Part shown: piece after piece, positions 34,362 through 47,689 of the stretch
Layout: each line of letters begins with the position of its first letter
How positions within the stretch are numbered: position 1 is the first letter of the stretch
Origin: Elsinoe ampelina
Taxonomy: Eukaryota
Length of the DNA stretch: 64,000 nucleotides
Direction: 5' to 3'
NCBI GenBank assembly: GCA_010093995.1
Contig: ML992508.1
Span: forward strand, 654,506 to 718,505
Notes under the pieces: generated by a model
Told to the model about the DNA's origin: nothing
The model's database searches: none
What the model saw: only the letters and a program-made list of their open reading frames with translations
Made by a program: the position numbers and the translations under genes

Positions 34362-36685
34362 TCATGAAGATCGCGGACGCTTGCTATCTTGTTCTTCAGC
34401 TCCCACTACCTCCTCGATATTCCTCTTGTTCGATGATGCAGCTTCCGAAGGCTTAGAATCATCCTCGCTGAGATCAAGAAAATCGTCATCGTCGAAAGCG
34501 TTCCCCTCATTGGCAAACTTGAAATCATTGGGAGCGTCTGTGATATCCTCAGCGGACTTTGCACTCTCGATCTCATGTACCGCATGGTGGTCTGGACCGA
34601 AAGTGCCAGCTTGACCCTCGGCAGCAGGCTGACTGGGTACCAAAAGTTGAGCGTCATCGTCTTTGTACTCGTCTCTGTTGGGAGAGACTGGGCCGATTGC
34701 CGTCGTAACGCTGGGGTCTGTTGGCTGATCCTGCAGGCCCAGTTCAGGTTCTCCAGTATCAAAGTCGTCCTCGAACAACTTCTGTTCGTCTTCATGGTGC
34801 TCGTACCCATCATCGAGATCGGCGTTACCTGCGGCCAATTCTTGTCCATAGTGTGGACTCAGCGTGCGCGAGGTGGCGGTGTCATCTAGCTGCTCTGTAC
34901 CAACAGTGTGTGCATCTCCTGGGGCCTGGCTGGTGGTGTCGTCACCATTTGTCGAAGCAGGTTCATTTTGTCCCGATGCCAACCTTTCGATGACGTCGGG
35001 CTCGGTGTGCTGGTGGTCAGTGAGCTGGGGCTGTGCCTCTACCTCCCCTGCATTATCCTCTGCCTCTTCATCTTGGTACTCTTCGGCATATGTAGGACTG
35101 TCATTCATATGAGCTGACAGGAACGTAAGTTGTGAGAATCCTTTTCCTTCGGCAGCAGCATTGGCCAGTAGCGTCAGACGATTGGCAAAGCGAGGTTTCC
35201 GAGTCAAGGATACCGACATGGCAGGTGGCTGCTCATTACCGTCTTGTCGATGCAATTGAACGAAGATGTCAAGGATTTCCGAAAAGCTGGTTGAGAAAGC
35301 TGCAGGCGAGTCCTGTGATGCGTTAGCACTATTTCTTTGAAAGATGGTGGACGAACTGACTTCACTCAAATACAAACCAAACTCCTCGACATGCAGTTCC
35401 AGCTCCTCATCTTCCGAGATGGCCTCCCCAAGTGTGATGCGACAAGCGTGTAGGAGATCCCCAATACTACCGCTTGCCAGGTTTTCGTTCTCCAAGAAAT
35501 ACTCTTCGCCTTCGACCAGACCACTCGACGGAAACAATGTGTACTCTCCACCGTCATATTTGACGATTGTTGTATGTAGCCCTGTGTAAGTATGCTGGCC
35601 GTCTGAAGAATGACTCCTAGGACTTGGCTGGCCTTTGGTCTCGACATGCTCGGCTTCGTCCTGCTGTCCGATGTTGACCGATTCTGACACCCCAGCTGAT
35701 CCCAATTCCTCTTTCTCATTGGCTTCGTTCTGCTCCGAGGTAACAGCAATCTCTGCTTCATCTTCGTGAACGCTAAAAGCAGTGGCGGCAGAAACTTCAT
35801 CCCTCTCCGCCAGGGCGTGACTGTCTATATCATACCTTCCTTGTGAATGTTGATCTCCATATGCATCACCTTCAACAGTGCTATCCTCAACAGCTGCACC
35901 CTCTGTCTCGTCCGGCGGCGGAGAAGTCTTGCCGATAGATGTGTTCGGCACGTCTGTTTTCTCGGAGCCGCCCGTGGGGATTGTCACAGGTTCGACGACT
36001 TCTGCTGCATGGCCTTCCTGATCTACTGTCTGATTTGCGGTTTCCGATGCTGTCGAAAGCTGATCCCCTCCAGCGGATGTCGCAAGCACAGGCTCTGAGT
36101 TGTGCTCAGATTCCGCCATCAGAAGCGAAGGCACCGAGAGAACCTCATCTTCAGGGGGGGCTGTTTGGTCATGCGCTGTATGGATTCCTGCCTGTTCTGG
36201 CTGTCCATCTTCTGCTGGCACATATCCAATTTCTTCATCAGAAAAGTCAAGCAATTCTTCGTCCACCTCTTCCAGTGGTGCATCGTCGACCATCACGCCG
36301 TCTGGGTCATCTGGCGCGTCGTGTCCTATATCATCGATCATGTAGTCTGCTTCAGCCGTCGCGGAACGAAGTTCGATATCCTCAGGCTCTACAATCGCTG
36401 GCACGTCATCCTGCATTTCATCCTCGTTCATCAGATTTTGGTCTCCCGGAGCGTTATCGAATTCGATGTCAAAGTCTAGATCACTCTGAGCGTTGTCGGT
36501 GATCTCCATATCATCTTGCTGATCCATGGTGAAAGGATTACTCATGATGGTCGCCATCTCGGGCGTGCCGCTAGAGTCGTGCGGCAGAACAGCTGTAAGG
36601 TTCAAAGACGCGATGCTCGTTACGTGGGACTGGTTTCATTGAGTGGCGGCTCAGGTTTCGATGTAGAAGGTGAGTCTGCTGTCAT
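34362..36685 (-). CDS. Acidic protein with DUF2420 (Rmr1-like) domain
   Basis: 747-aa acidic ORF with VKYDGGEYTLFP...YFLENENL...LLHACR..LG..I....ELEL. Probable ATG at 36685 with a short first intron, and an in-frame 48-nt intron at 35313-35360. Confidence 0.65.
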
Positions 36686-36954
36686 ATCAAAAGCGCAGTG
36701 TGAGTCAAGTACAAAGTGAAGCGTGATTGCTAGCCCGAGAGATGAAAGACAGGTAGGCAGCTGTCAGTCCGCATTCAGGTTCCGGCCGAGGTTCAGCCGT
36801 GAGAGCTTCCCCAGGCCAGGAGAGGCCAACTGTGCTGCCAAATAATTGTCCAGGCAGATACTCCAAACAAAACCCTCATTGACAGCTGTAAGGCATTGGT
36901 GCTTTGCGAGATCCCTGTAGGCTCATCAGATCATTGCACAACTTTTCATCGAGG

Positions 36955-38680
36955 ATGGTATGTTCTTCTTGACGAGCACCAATACTAGGCTTACTCCTGT
37001 CAGGTTGTACTCGCGGCGTCGATATGTACGAGGGGTGGAAAGGCTGTCCTATCTAGACAGTTCAGAGAGATGCAGCGCTCAAGGATCGAAGCTCTGCTTG
37101 CATCATTCCCGAAACTCGCCGATTCCGGTACTCAGCACACGACTGTCGAGCAAGACAATGTTCGATTTGTATACCAGCCTCTCGATGAGCTATACATGGT
37201 CTTGATCACGAATCGGCAATCAAACATTCTGCAGGACATCGACTCCCTGCACTTGTTCGCCCAGGTCGTAAGCAGCATCTGCAAGAGCTTGGACGAGCGC
37301 GAGATCCTCCGCAATGCTTTTGAGTTGCTCAGCGCATTCGATGAGCTGGTCACTTTGGGCTACCGCGACAACCTCACCCTCAGCCAGATCAAGACATTCC
37401 TAGACATGGAGAGTCACGAGGAAAGGATACAGGAAATTATCGCAAGAGTACGCAACCATTCCGGATACGGAAGATTCAGCTGACGTTTTCTCCAGAACAA
37501 GGAATTGGAGGCTAGCGAAGAGCGAAAGAGAAAGGCCAAACAACTGGAGATGCAGAGGAAGGAATTGTCGAGAGGGCAAAGAGGAGGAGGCATGCCACGA
37601 GCCCCAACATATCCTACCTACAATCCTCCCCCAACACAACCTTCAATGCAGGACAGCTACGACTCGTACAACGCAGCGAAAAGCCAGACCTTTTCGAAGT
37701 GGGTATTTTACACATTCTATGGAATCCAGTACTGATGTGAACAGGCCGCTGACAACAAGGGGCAAGGGTATGCAGCTAGGCAAGAAATCAAAGACCACAA
37801 ACGCTTTCGAGCAGATCAGGGGAGAGCTCGGGCCAGAGGCAGAGGTTTCCGCTCCGCTTGTCACACCTACACCAGCAGCAGCTCCAGCTCAAACAGCATT
37901 GATTGGCGGACAAGACGGCCTTCACATCACAGTTGCAGAGACCATCTCAGCTAAGCTCAGCCGGGAAGGATCTTTGGAAAGCTTTGAAGTCAAGGGCGAT
38001 TTACAACTCCGCATCAGTGATGCCAGCATGACACAGGTCAAGATTGGCCTACAGATTGGAGACAGCAGGGGCGCTCAACTCAACTCACATCCCAGGGTCG
38101 ACAAGAACGTTTTCAAGAATGACAAGGTCATTCAGCTACAAGATACGACGAAAGGTTTCCCAGTCAACAATTCTATCGGCGTCATGAGATGGCGGCTCCA
38201 AGCCAAGCCGGGTGAGGTTTCTGACCCACCTATCACTTTCACTGCCTGGGTCAATGAGGGTTCACCCGGCAACTACAATGTGACGCTCGAATATGAGCTT
38301 ACTGGAGGCGACACTCTCCAGGATGTCTCGGTCAGCATCCCCTTTGCCACGGCTGAGCCGTCTGTTTCAAGCTTCGATGCAGTGTATGAGGTATCCGGAG
38401 ACAGCATTGACTGGAACATCGGGGAGGTATCCGAGTCCAACTCTAGCGGCAGTTTCGAGTTTGAAGCACAAGCGGAGAGCGAGTCCGAATTCTTTCCGAT
38501 GGGTATTCGATTCGCCAAGACACAACCTTTCATCGACATTGATGTAGGTCTATACCTGTGGCTGTACGACTAAACACTAACGTCGTCTAGGTTTCCTCTG
38601 TGTCGTTGTTCAACATAGATCAAGATGTGCCGTTCTCGAAAGACATCAAGTCAGTGGCAGAAAGCTATTTCGTGGTGTAA
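36955..38680 (+). CDS. RET2: Coatomer subunit delta (COPI); multi-exon, ATG-only first exon
   Basis: M|VVLAASICTRGGKAVLSRQFREMQRSRIEALLASFPKL...MESHEERIQEII; mu-homology domain EVKGDLQLRISD. Stop at 38678-80. Confidence 0.93.
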
Positions 38681-38960
38681 TGCAGCAATTATGAATATTC
38701 AAAAGCAGATAGAATCATGCAACTCAACAGCGGATGTTTTGCTGACTGCAAGATCCATATCTTCTTCCCATTCGCGTGACATGAGCTGGACTTGCCCCTT
38801 GCGCTTGGCGTGTTTTTATATCTGTGTTGATCTCATACACCACCCTCTCGACTGTGCCATTCACAAAACGCTATTTTCTGACAATTGTCCTCTCTCACAC
38901 AATTACAACCAATTACGTGCGCGAGCATGTATAATAGTAATTTGGTACTACACCTGCCAG

Positions 38961-41513
38961 ATGCAACGCCAATTGCCGATCCTCGCTGAGGTTCACCTTG
39001 CGGAAGTCGTAGGCCACCATGATGTCCGCTATGAGGGGAGGACGGATCTCACAGCTGCGATCACAAAGTCTTCTAACATCGAGATACTTCGCCTGAGTGG
39101 ACAAAGAGCGTTTACGATCGAGCCAGATGAGCTGTCTGGGAAGCCAACATGCCTTTCCTGGGCACGCAGAGGTAAGCATCTAAAGCAAAATCAGTTCCAC
39201 AGTCTCACAGTATCCAGGAGAGCTGCTGTTGATTGGCACTGAATGCGGTTTGGTCGATTTGTTCTACACAAGAATAGGCAAAGTCAGCCTTGGCCGTGGA
39301 CGAGATACAGATGAGGATGGAAACGATCCAGTCACTGGAGTTGGTACCCACGTATCATTGATGGGAACTCCTAACGCCGACCTGGGTATGAATGCAAGCC
39401 ACGACGTTTCCAAGCTGGGTGATGAGGTTTCAATTGGGGATTGGTTCGATCGACTGAACATTGACTCGGAGAATGCCTCACGGTCGAAGCGGCAAACGGG
39501 CACTATGACTATACTCCCTCGTGCGCTGGCAAAGGTCAATCCTAGCGATGTGTTGCCTCGACTCGGCGCAATCCCACCGCCATCGAAAGCAGGTCCAGGC
39601 ATGCCCACACCAGTCTTGAGATCGGTTCAGAAAGATCTCCATCTGCTCCTCAATGAACGAGTGTCACATCATCCTGAAGGTGTTGAAGTCTCCTTCATCA
39701 GCTTGCAGAATGGTGGTGTAGACAGTAGTATCGGCGAACTCTTCAACCACAACTTTAAGCCCAAAGCACAACCAAATGATCGAAAGAGCATCCATCACTG
39801 CACGGATAGTCTCACAGGATCGTATGCAATCCTCGAAGCCAATCAACCTGACCAGAAATCCGAGGCATCACTCGCATTTGATCAAATGAAGCTTCGCCTG
39901 TTCGATATACCCTTCGCGACCTCTGGAAGCGTACACACGGCATCGATACTTTCGAGTGCGACACAATTGAAGACACTGGAGCAATACATCACTCAGACGA
40001 TCGAGACCGCTGTGCTGGACTGGAACACTTTGACAACATTGCCGGCTCGTTTCGTGGCGAGTATCAACGAGACTTTGGAGGAGAAGCAACAAGGTCAGAT
40101 CGACCAGCAATTGTATCAGCTTCTTCTCACGGGCCACTGCTCGGATAGTGTACTTGAGTGGCTCAAAGAAGAACTGGCAGAGCGAGTGAGAAGAATACAG
40201 CTTCGCGACGTGCATTTAGGGTTGACATGCTACAGGGCCACAAGCGATGGGATCATGCCATGACCACTTTCTATCATGCAATCATACAGCTTTTCGAGGT
40301 CAACCTTCTACCTGCGTTAGAGCGATGCGTCTTGACTGCCAGCACCTTACGTGGTCTTGCTACCTATTATGAAGGTAGCACCAAATTCGATGTTCCTCCT
40401 TCATTCTTCACCAAGATCATCGAGGCTGCTGGATGCCTGCATATGATAGTGCATGAGGCGCTTCAAATAGCCGGGCGAGAGGAACGACAATTCCGAGCCT
40501 TCTCTTCCTGGCTTCGTCACCAGATCGACATTGCAGCAGCTGAACCTGGATCCACAGCTGCAGTAGAGCTGGCCGAGCGGGATGCCATGTCGACTGATGT
40601 GGCGAAGATCCTTTCGTACCTCGAAGAAGCTTTCGCAGGTAGCAAGCTACAGGCACTGATTGGGAGAAGATTGCAGCCCGCGGATCTCAACACTCGACTC
40701 TCCAATGTCGATCTTGCTTCAAGTACAACTTCTGCAGCAATACACAAAGCCAGAGACACTCGAGATAGTATTGACGACGCCCAATACATTCCACTTCACT
40801 TGGCCAACCTCCAAAAACAAGTCGAGGCATGCTCAGCGCAAATGAGACGATGGCAATCAACAACCTGGCTTCCACCAGAAGAGATCGACGTCGAAATCGT
40901 CACCCCCTTGTCAGCCTTTGACATCAGCATGAGCAGCAACACCCATACCTCGCCACCAAGCAGCGTGACCACGATTGCAGGGACAGATGCTTCCTCCTCC
41001 AGCATAGTCATACACACCATCACTGCTGCGCGGGAGCAGCGCTCCTCCTTCCGCAAAACCATAGCGCAGGATTCATGGCGGATACAGCTGCCACACACTG
41101 CAGAAGAGATCATAGATATCAAGCTGCTGAGCGATCGGTCGGTACTCTGCCTGTTGAAGAGCGAGGACCAGTTCTCACTGGCTTGTGTACCACCAGACAT
41201 AATCCTGGATGGGGCCAATGTTACTTTGTCTAAGGAAGAGCTAGAGGGGCATACCGTCCATGTCTTCTTGGACACTAAATTCCAGCCTGCATACCTCTAT
41301 GTCTCCGACAATACGAGGAGGAAGAACGTGCTGGTGTTGGACAAGAGGTGTCAGTGGTGGAAGGTGTTGAGGTTGCCTCATGATGTTGGAACGAATGGCT
41401 TCGGGGACACACATGAGGATGACGACCATGACGAGCGTGACGAGGGTAACGAAGACAAGACACGGTCGCCATTCGGGCTGGACGGGAGCGGGGAGGGGAT
41501 GGTGATGGACTAA
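38961..41513 (+). CDS. APC4: Anaphase-promoting complex subunit 4; multi-exon
   Basis: N-terminal WD-like IEILRLSGQRAF...LSW. Apc4 long-domain LLLTGHCS..VLEWLKEELAER|GHKRWD..M, NLLPALERC, QFRAFSSWLRHQID. Confidence 0.85.
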
Positions 41514-41695
41514 ACTACCCTGCCAAATATCCCTCACATCCTCGCAATCACACAACCGCACAACCGCATCACAACATCCATCTGAACAACAAATTCGTGT
41601 ACAAGTCTCAATTACCCCTTCTCCCTCCCCTTCCCTTCTCCCTTGGCCCCTCTCACCCCTCCCTGTATCTACCCCCTGCATATCCCACTTCCACC

Positions 41696-42519
41696 TCACG
41701 CAGTAGGCTGCTCCACCCTCTGCGGCACCACGGGCTTGACATCGTTCACAGCCTTGAGCAGATCCTCAACGACCTTCTTCCCGGACTTGTCCCCGATCTT
41801 CTTGATCTCCTGCAGTTTAGCGTCCGTGTCCTTCTGCGCGTCTTCTTCGGCTTTTTTGTTGCCTGACGTGTGCTGTGTTGCCTGTTAGTGTCTGGAGGTG
41901 GGGGCGGGAGGGGGTGGAGGAGGGGATAAGGTGGACAGGGGAAATGGGCGTGCCGGAGGAGGGAAGCAGGGGCTGGGACTGGGGGCAAGGGACGCACCTC
42001 TTTCTCAAACTTCTTGAATTCTTCTTCCTTTTGCTTGCGGTAGTCGTCGATTTCTTTTTGGGCTTCGGAGCGGGCGTCTTTTACTTTTTTGGTGCGGTCT
42101 GGTTGGGGGAGAGGGTTAGTGGGAGGGCGGTGGCTGGGAGAGGTCGCGGGGGGGTCTACATTCGCGTGCTGGTGAGGGGTTAGCGATTTGAGTATATGGG
42201 AGGGAGAGTGAGAGTGTACCTTTTTGCACAATCTGTTGGGCATCTCGCTCTGCCTATCGCTGTGTCAGGTCCTGTTCATGCTGCCTGTCCTCTTGCGATC
42301 CGGTGTGGATGTAAATCTAGCTCTTCCGCGATTAATACAGTGATATGCTTTTCCTTGCGCAATCACTCTCGTCCAGGCACGACCTCGACTATCGTCCATA
42401 GCCTCGCATCCAGAAGATTAACTCACGTCCAGCAGCGTCTGTATTCCAGCTGAATTTGAAGCAGACTGGCGAGCTGGTCAGCGTCAGGTTCCCATAAGCT
42501 CTTCAAAGCGACTCACCAT
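41696..42519 (-). CDS. VMA10: V-ATPase subunit G; several very small exons
   Basis: Spliced: M|SASNSAGIQTLLD|AERDAQQIVQK|...RTKKVKDARSEAQKEIDDYRKQKEEEFKKFEKE|HTSGNKKAEEDA... Confidence 0.9.
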
Positions 42520-42732
42520 CTTAACCAGCTCCAATCGCAAGAATCAAGTAATCAATAAGATGCAAGTCAAGAGGTAGGCCGATTGAAGTCGTCCAGGTCC
42601 AATGACGCCCGGCCAAACGCATGACTCGCGGAACCTCAGGCTGGCGGAGTTGGATCGGGAGCTTCAAGCTTGTGCTTTCGGGTAGATAGAAACTTTCACT
42701 TTGACAACATCACTTGGGTCGTTGAGCACAAG

Positions 42733-43070
42733 ATGTCAAGAGCTGCGAAATTGACCCTGTTGGGGACGTCGTTGGGCGCCATGGGCATCATTACTTTTGT
42801 CCATTATTCACAAAAGGTTGAGAAGGCGGTATGTACATTCCATGCTATTCGCATTGGAGGATCGCGGGGCGAGTATACATACTTCAGAGTGGATACTGAT
42901 GATCACAGGCTATGCATGCTGGTGTGATCAGAGACATGGAGCAGCAGCGGCTGAAGAGGGAGAGGCAGGCCGACTTTGAGATTCAACGTCAACTGGAATC
43001 CGAGTATCGCAAGTTGCAGAATGTGACGGACGATCCGGTACTGAAGGGGGGCCAGAAAGGCCGGGGGTAG
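42733..43070 (+). CDS. PET117: Cytochrome c oxidase assembly factor, 2 exons
   Basis: MSRAAKLTLLGTSLGAMGIITFVHYSQKVEKA|AMHAGVIRDMEQQRLKRERQADFEIQRQLE. Confidence 0.88.
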
Positions 43071-43214
43071 CAGCGGGTATTGATCATGGCATGGACCTTG
43101 TGGGACTGGATCGGGTGGCAACAATGCCAAATCAAAATGGTATCTTGGGCGCGACTATTCAACGACAAATGATCCGACTACAACGCGCCGACGTCTTCGA
43201 CTCCACCACTACTA

Positions 43215-44633
43215 CTAGTATCGGTACGTGACAGGCTGCTGCTGCTGCGTACTTGATGGTGCCGCCGGCGCTTCATCGGACCTGTACTCATACGTCGACC
43301 GAGGCTGCTGGTAGTTCGACCGCTCCGCGTTATCGCCAAATGGGTCCTGCTCTGTTCGTCCGGGAGGAGGACCAGCTGGTGCGCTGTATTGCGTACTTGG
43401 GGTGTGCTGTTGTTGCCGTAGGCGATCTTGACGGTCTTGCTCGGCTTCCCGCGCCTCCATTCGCTCTCGCGCCTCAATCCTCTCCCTCTCAGCTGTCCGA
43501 TCTCTCGCGGCTTGCAAAGATGCAGCTGTTGGTGATTGCGGCTCTGGTACGTAGTTGTCTTGGGCCGATACAGGGTTGGCATAGACTGGCTGCCCGCCTT
43601 GCGACTCTGGATCTGGACTTGCAGCATTACTGGTCGTCAAACCTGCTGCCCGTCTAGCTGTCAACACTGCTCGTTGGTGCTTGCTCAGGCTCAGACTTAG
43701 CTGTTCCGTCACCTCGATGAGGGTCTGGAGCGTGTCGTCGTCCGGCGGAGGGTTGTCGCAGTTGATGTAGCCTTGCATACTCCGCTGCGCACCTTGGCAT
43801 CGATCCGCGAACTCCTTCAACAGATCATTACCCAGCACCTCTTCCGTCGGTGTGCTCTGCACCAGCTGCATGAGGATCTTGGCGGTATTCTTGCTCTCCT
43901 CGACTCGACTCGCCAGCTCGATCGGCGGAGGTAGCGCTCTGCTCGAGCTTCCGTGTCCACCGCTGTAGTTCTGCTGGCCACCGGAAGCCCAGCCAGCATT
44001 CTGCGGCGGTATGACAGCCTTGAAGCCCTTATTCAACCTCCACATCTCCAACAACTTCTTCAAGCCCTCATCATTGTACCGCTCCGCCTCGAATGCATCC
44101 AGCGTCTCCCGCAAGATCTGCTGGACACTCGGATCCTTCCCCGTCCTTAACAACGTCTGTGTAGTATCCACGAACTTCTTATCCACATTCCTCGTAAAGC
44201 TCGGCCCCGGATTCTCCGACAAGATGCGCAACAGCATCACCGCGTTGTATTGCACATGCGGCTTCCCAAAGTGCTCTTTCGACAGGAACTTCCGGATCTG
44301 GTAGGCGCACGCGGTGGCAGCGGCGGGGGAGGACTCGGCGGATTCGACGATGACGGGGAGGTGGAGGACTTCTTCGCCTTGTCCGTCGGGGGATCCGGAC
44401 TCGCAGAAGAGACGCTGGGGAGGAAGTCAGACTTTGTATATAGCACAAGTTGTCCCGCGAGACCATACCACTCCTCGCTGTGCAGCCCCCTCTGGGCTAT
44501 CATCGCTCACGTTGGCTATTTGCTCCGACTGTGAACCTGCCATGTATTAGCCTCGTACCGTGGATTCCGCCGGAGGTAGCTTACTCTTCGTCCGGCTGAG
44601 CAAGCCCGTTTTGAAGCTCTTGAACGACGGCAT
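43215..44633 (-). CDS. VHS/GAT-domain protein (Lsb5-like); 5' exons approximate
   Basis: IVESAESSPAAA...IRKFL...QYNAVMLLRILSENPG..F (VHS-like), then ELASRVEESKNTAKILMQLVQSTP...EFADRCQGAQRSMQGYI (GAT) and a DPF motif in the tail. Confidence 0.75.
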
Positions 44634-45162
44634 GGTTGTGTCGTGACTGAATTATAGCCTGTCCTTCCAGTCGTGCAAGCCGGTACTCGTCACGATATGT
44701 ATGTGTGTGGGATATCCCTCCGGACGAGAAAGTAATGTAATAGTCCTCGTCAGAAACAAGCCTCGTTTCAAAACCCAACAGAGACAGACGCCAGCTCGGA
44801 TGTTCCTTTAGTCCCTGGTCCCCGTTCTTCTGGCGCACCCACGCGCCAAGGCTCGTGCACGCAACCCGGTCGTGGCTCAGCTCCACTTCTTTTTTCTCGT
44901 GGGTTGCTGACGTTTCGTGGGGCGAGGCTTCATGTGATTGTGACGGTCGGTGGTGGTGGCACGCGCAAGCTGAGAGTCTCGGCGGGAGATGTCGCCGCAC
45001 TTTAATTGTGGGTTTGACGTGTTCAAGAGATAGGGGGATCTTCGCTGGTAGAGAGGATGGGGGAATTGTCTTGGTTGTCGTGTGTCTCGTGTTGAGCTGG
45101 ACCAAAGAGATGGAAGGCAGCAGTGCTTGTATGACATGACTACATGGATTGGCGTGGGAGCA

Positions 45163-45859
45163 TCAAATGTTGATGACAGGTATGTTACGTGCGGTGTACT
45201 CTCGCCATTCAGGTAGTGTCCTCCCAACTTTCATCCCTTGTGCTTGCGCTTGTTTGATCACATCCTCCGCTGCACTTGACACCCGAATGAGCTTCTCCTC
45301 TTCCCAAGCACTACCCATTAGTCCAAGTCCAAAAGGCATCCCGTTCTCCTTTTCCGTAGCAGCAGGTATCGTGATGTATGGATAGCCCGCCTGAGCAGCG
45401 ATCTGGTAGGTCTGACCGACCCGTGGTGGTACAAGAAGTGCATCTATTCGGGTTCCGTCAGGTCCCTGATTGAGCATCGCATCGATCCCTTCTTCTCGTG
45501 TTGCACGCTGGCAGAACGCCAAAGCCTGGAAGTAGGTCTCGTTCTGTGTGCCCTTGCTGTCCAGTGATGCGAGGAAGCCATCCTGACCAGACTCGTAGGC
45601 AGGCACTGTTCCAGGATTGCCGCCTTCTGTGCCATCGTTGTCGTAGTTGTACTGCACGATATCCTCTAAAGACCTGATATTCGTATTGTTGAGTTCTGCC
45701 AGGTATGTCTTGATATTGTTGTAGAAGTCGACTTTCACAACAGTATATTCTGACTCATTCGGAAATCCACGAGCTGAACCATAGTCCCAGTTCCAGCCCG
45801 CGGGAGATACGATACGTTCAGCGTTGGCTATTTCTAGTGCCAGAAAGGTTGTGTGTCAT
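45163..45859 (-). pseudogene. C-terminal fragment of an amidase-signature family enzyme
   Basis: IVSPAGWNWDYG..RGFPNESEYTVVKVDFYNNIKTYL.EL.NTNIRSLEDI...AAQAGYP.ITIP...GMPFGL. About 230 open codons closed upstream by a TGA. No amidase signature (GGSS.GS, catalytic Lys/Ser), and no room for it before the EF1B-gamma promoter. Confidence 0.7.
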
Positions 45860-46184
45860 GTTTGTGATTTAGACTTGTTGTTATGGCGAGCGAGACTGAC
45901 AGCCACATGAGTTGCTTTACATACGGGTGCAGCATGTAAGAAGGTAAAGGGTCGTGTTCAAGTTGGGCAGCATCTCATGTCGCAGGTGTTTGCCCGCAAA
46001 TGGGGACCCTCGCGCCAAGACTGATTTTCCACGACGGGCGAAATTTTCCATGACTGAAGACGCAGGTAGAAACTCCAGCTTCTGCCACATATCACACAAA
46101 TATCCTTGTTCGATCGCCAATTGCCAGTGGTGCTCTCAATTCCTCTAGCTCACAACACAGAGATCGATCCATACCAAATTCACA

Positions 46185-47689
46185 ATGTCTTTCGGCAAGC
46201 TCTATGGCTTCCAGGTAAGCTGTCCTCTACCCCTCCATCGCGCACAGTGCTAAGAAGTCAAAGGGCAACCCCCGTACCATGCCTTTGCTGGCCATTGCAA
46301 AGGCCAACAACCTCGACGTAGAGCTCGTCAGCACCGAGCCTGCCAAGGGTCTTTCCGCCGACTACCTCAAGATCAACAAGCTCCCTCAGGTCCCAGCCTT
46401 CGTTGGCGCTGATGGCTTCACCCTCACCGAGCTGATCGCCATTGCCATCTACTGTACGTCCAAATTTACACTGCCCTATAAAAAGATGAGACCACTACAA
46501 AACACAGTTATCCCTGTCTGAAGACTATTGTTGAGACTAGTATTCACACTCTGATTGCGCACAAATACCATTAATCTCGCGGCGACCTACATGAATCGCG
46601 CTGACCTTCTGTAGTGACCTCCCAGAACGAAAAGACCACTCTCCTCGGCAAGACCAAGCAGGACTATGCTTCCATCCTCCGCTGGATGTCCTTCGGCAAC
46701 TCCGAGGTCCTTCCTGCCCTCGGTGGTTGGTTCCGTCCTCTGATCGGCCGCGACCCATACAACAAGAAGAATGTCGAGGACAGCCAGAAGCGCTCTGAGC
46801 GTGCTGTCAAGATCCTCGAGGACCACTTCCTGGTGAACACATACCTTGTTGGCGAGCGTCCCACCTTGGCCGATATCGTCATGGTCGGGCTCATCTCCCG
46901 CGGCTTCCAGTACTTCTTCGACAAGGAATGGCGTGGCAAGAACCCCAACGTCACTCGCTGGTACGAGACTGTCTACAACCAGCCCATCTACTCTGCCGTT
47001 GCCGACAAGTTCTCCTTCATCGAGAAGGCCATCCCCAACCAGCCTCCCAAGAAGGAGGCTGCTCCCAAGAAGGAGACCCCCAAGGCTGCCCCAAAGCCAA
47101 AGGCACCTGAGCCTGAGGAGGAAGAAGAGGAGGCACCAAAGCCCAAGGCCAAGCACCCTCTCGACCTTCTTGAGAGACCGACCTTTGTTCTCGACGACTG
47201 GAAGAGGAAGTACAGCAACGAGGAGACTCGTGAGGTGGCCCTGCCATGGTTCTGGGAGAACGCCAAGTTCGACGAGTACTCTATCTGGAAGGTGGATTAC
47301 AAGTACAACGACGAGCTGACCATGACTTTCATGACCTCCAACCTGATTGGTGAGTGGCTGAGAGTTGTATTGGAGTGTATGACTGGAAACTAACGTTCAT
47401 AGGCGGTTTCTTTGCCCGTCTCGAGGGTAGCCGCAAGCACATATTTGGTGCCGCTTCGGTCTTTGGTGTCACCAACGATTCCGTCGTCCGTGGTGCCTTT
47501 GTCATTCGCGGCCAGGATGCGACCCCTGCTTTCGACGTCGCCCCTGACTGGGAGAGCTACGAGTTCACCAAGCTCGACCCCACCAAGTCTGAGGACAAGG
47601 AGTTTGTCAACGACATGTGGGCCTGGGACAAGCCTATCGAGGTCAACGGCAAGACCTACGAGTGGGCTGACGGCAAGGTCTTCAAGTAG
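46185..47689 (+). CDS. TEF4: Translation elongation factor 1B gamma; 4 exons
   Basis: GST-like N-domain (MSFGKLYGFP|GNPRT..., ADGFTLTE.IAIAIY), linker, KHPL, LDDWKRKYSNEETREVALPWFWE, FMTSNLI|GGFFARLE, YEWADGKVFK. Confidence 0.93.
46478..46559 (+). ncRNA. SNR38: Intronic box C/D snoRNA, snR38-like (LSU rRNA 2'-O-methylation guide)
   Basis: Lies in intron 46454-46614. C-like box AAGATGA 46483-89; guide CAGTTATCCCTGT 46505-17, complementary to the conserved LSU sequence ACAGGGAUAACUG; D' CTGA 46518-21; C' TTGTTGA 46528-34; D CTGA 46551-54. Yeast snR38 also sits in an EF1B-gamma (TEF4) intron. Confidence 0.85.
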
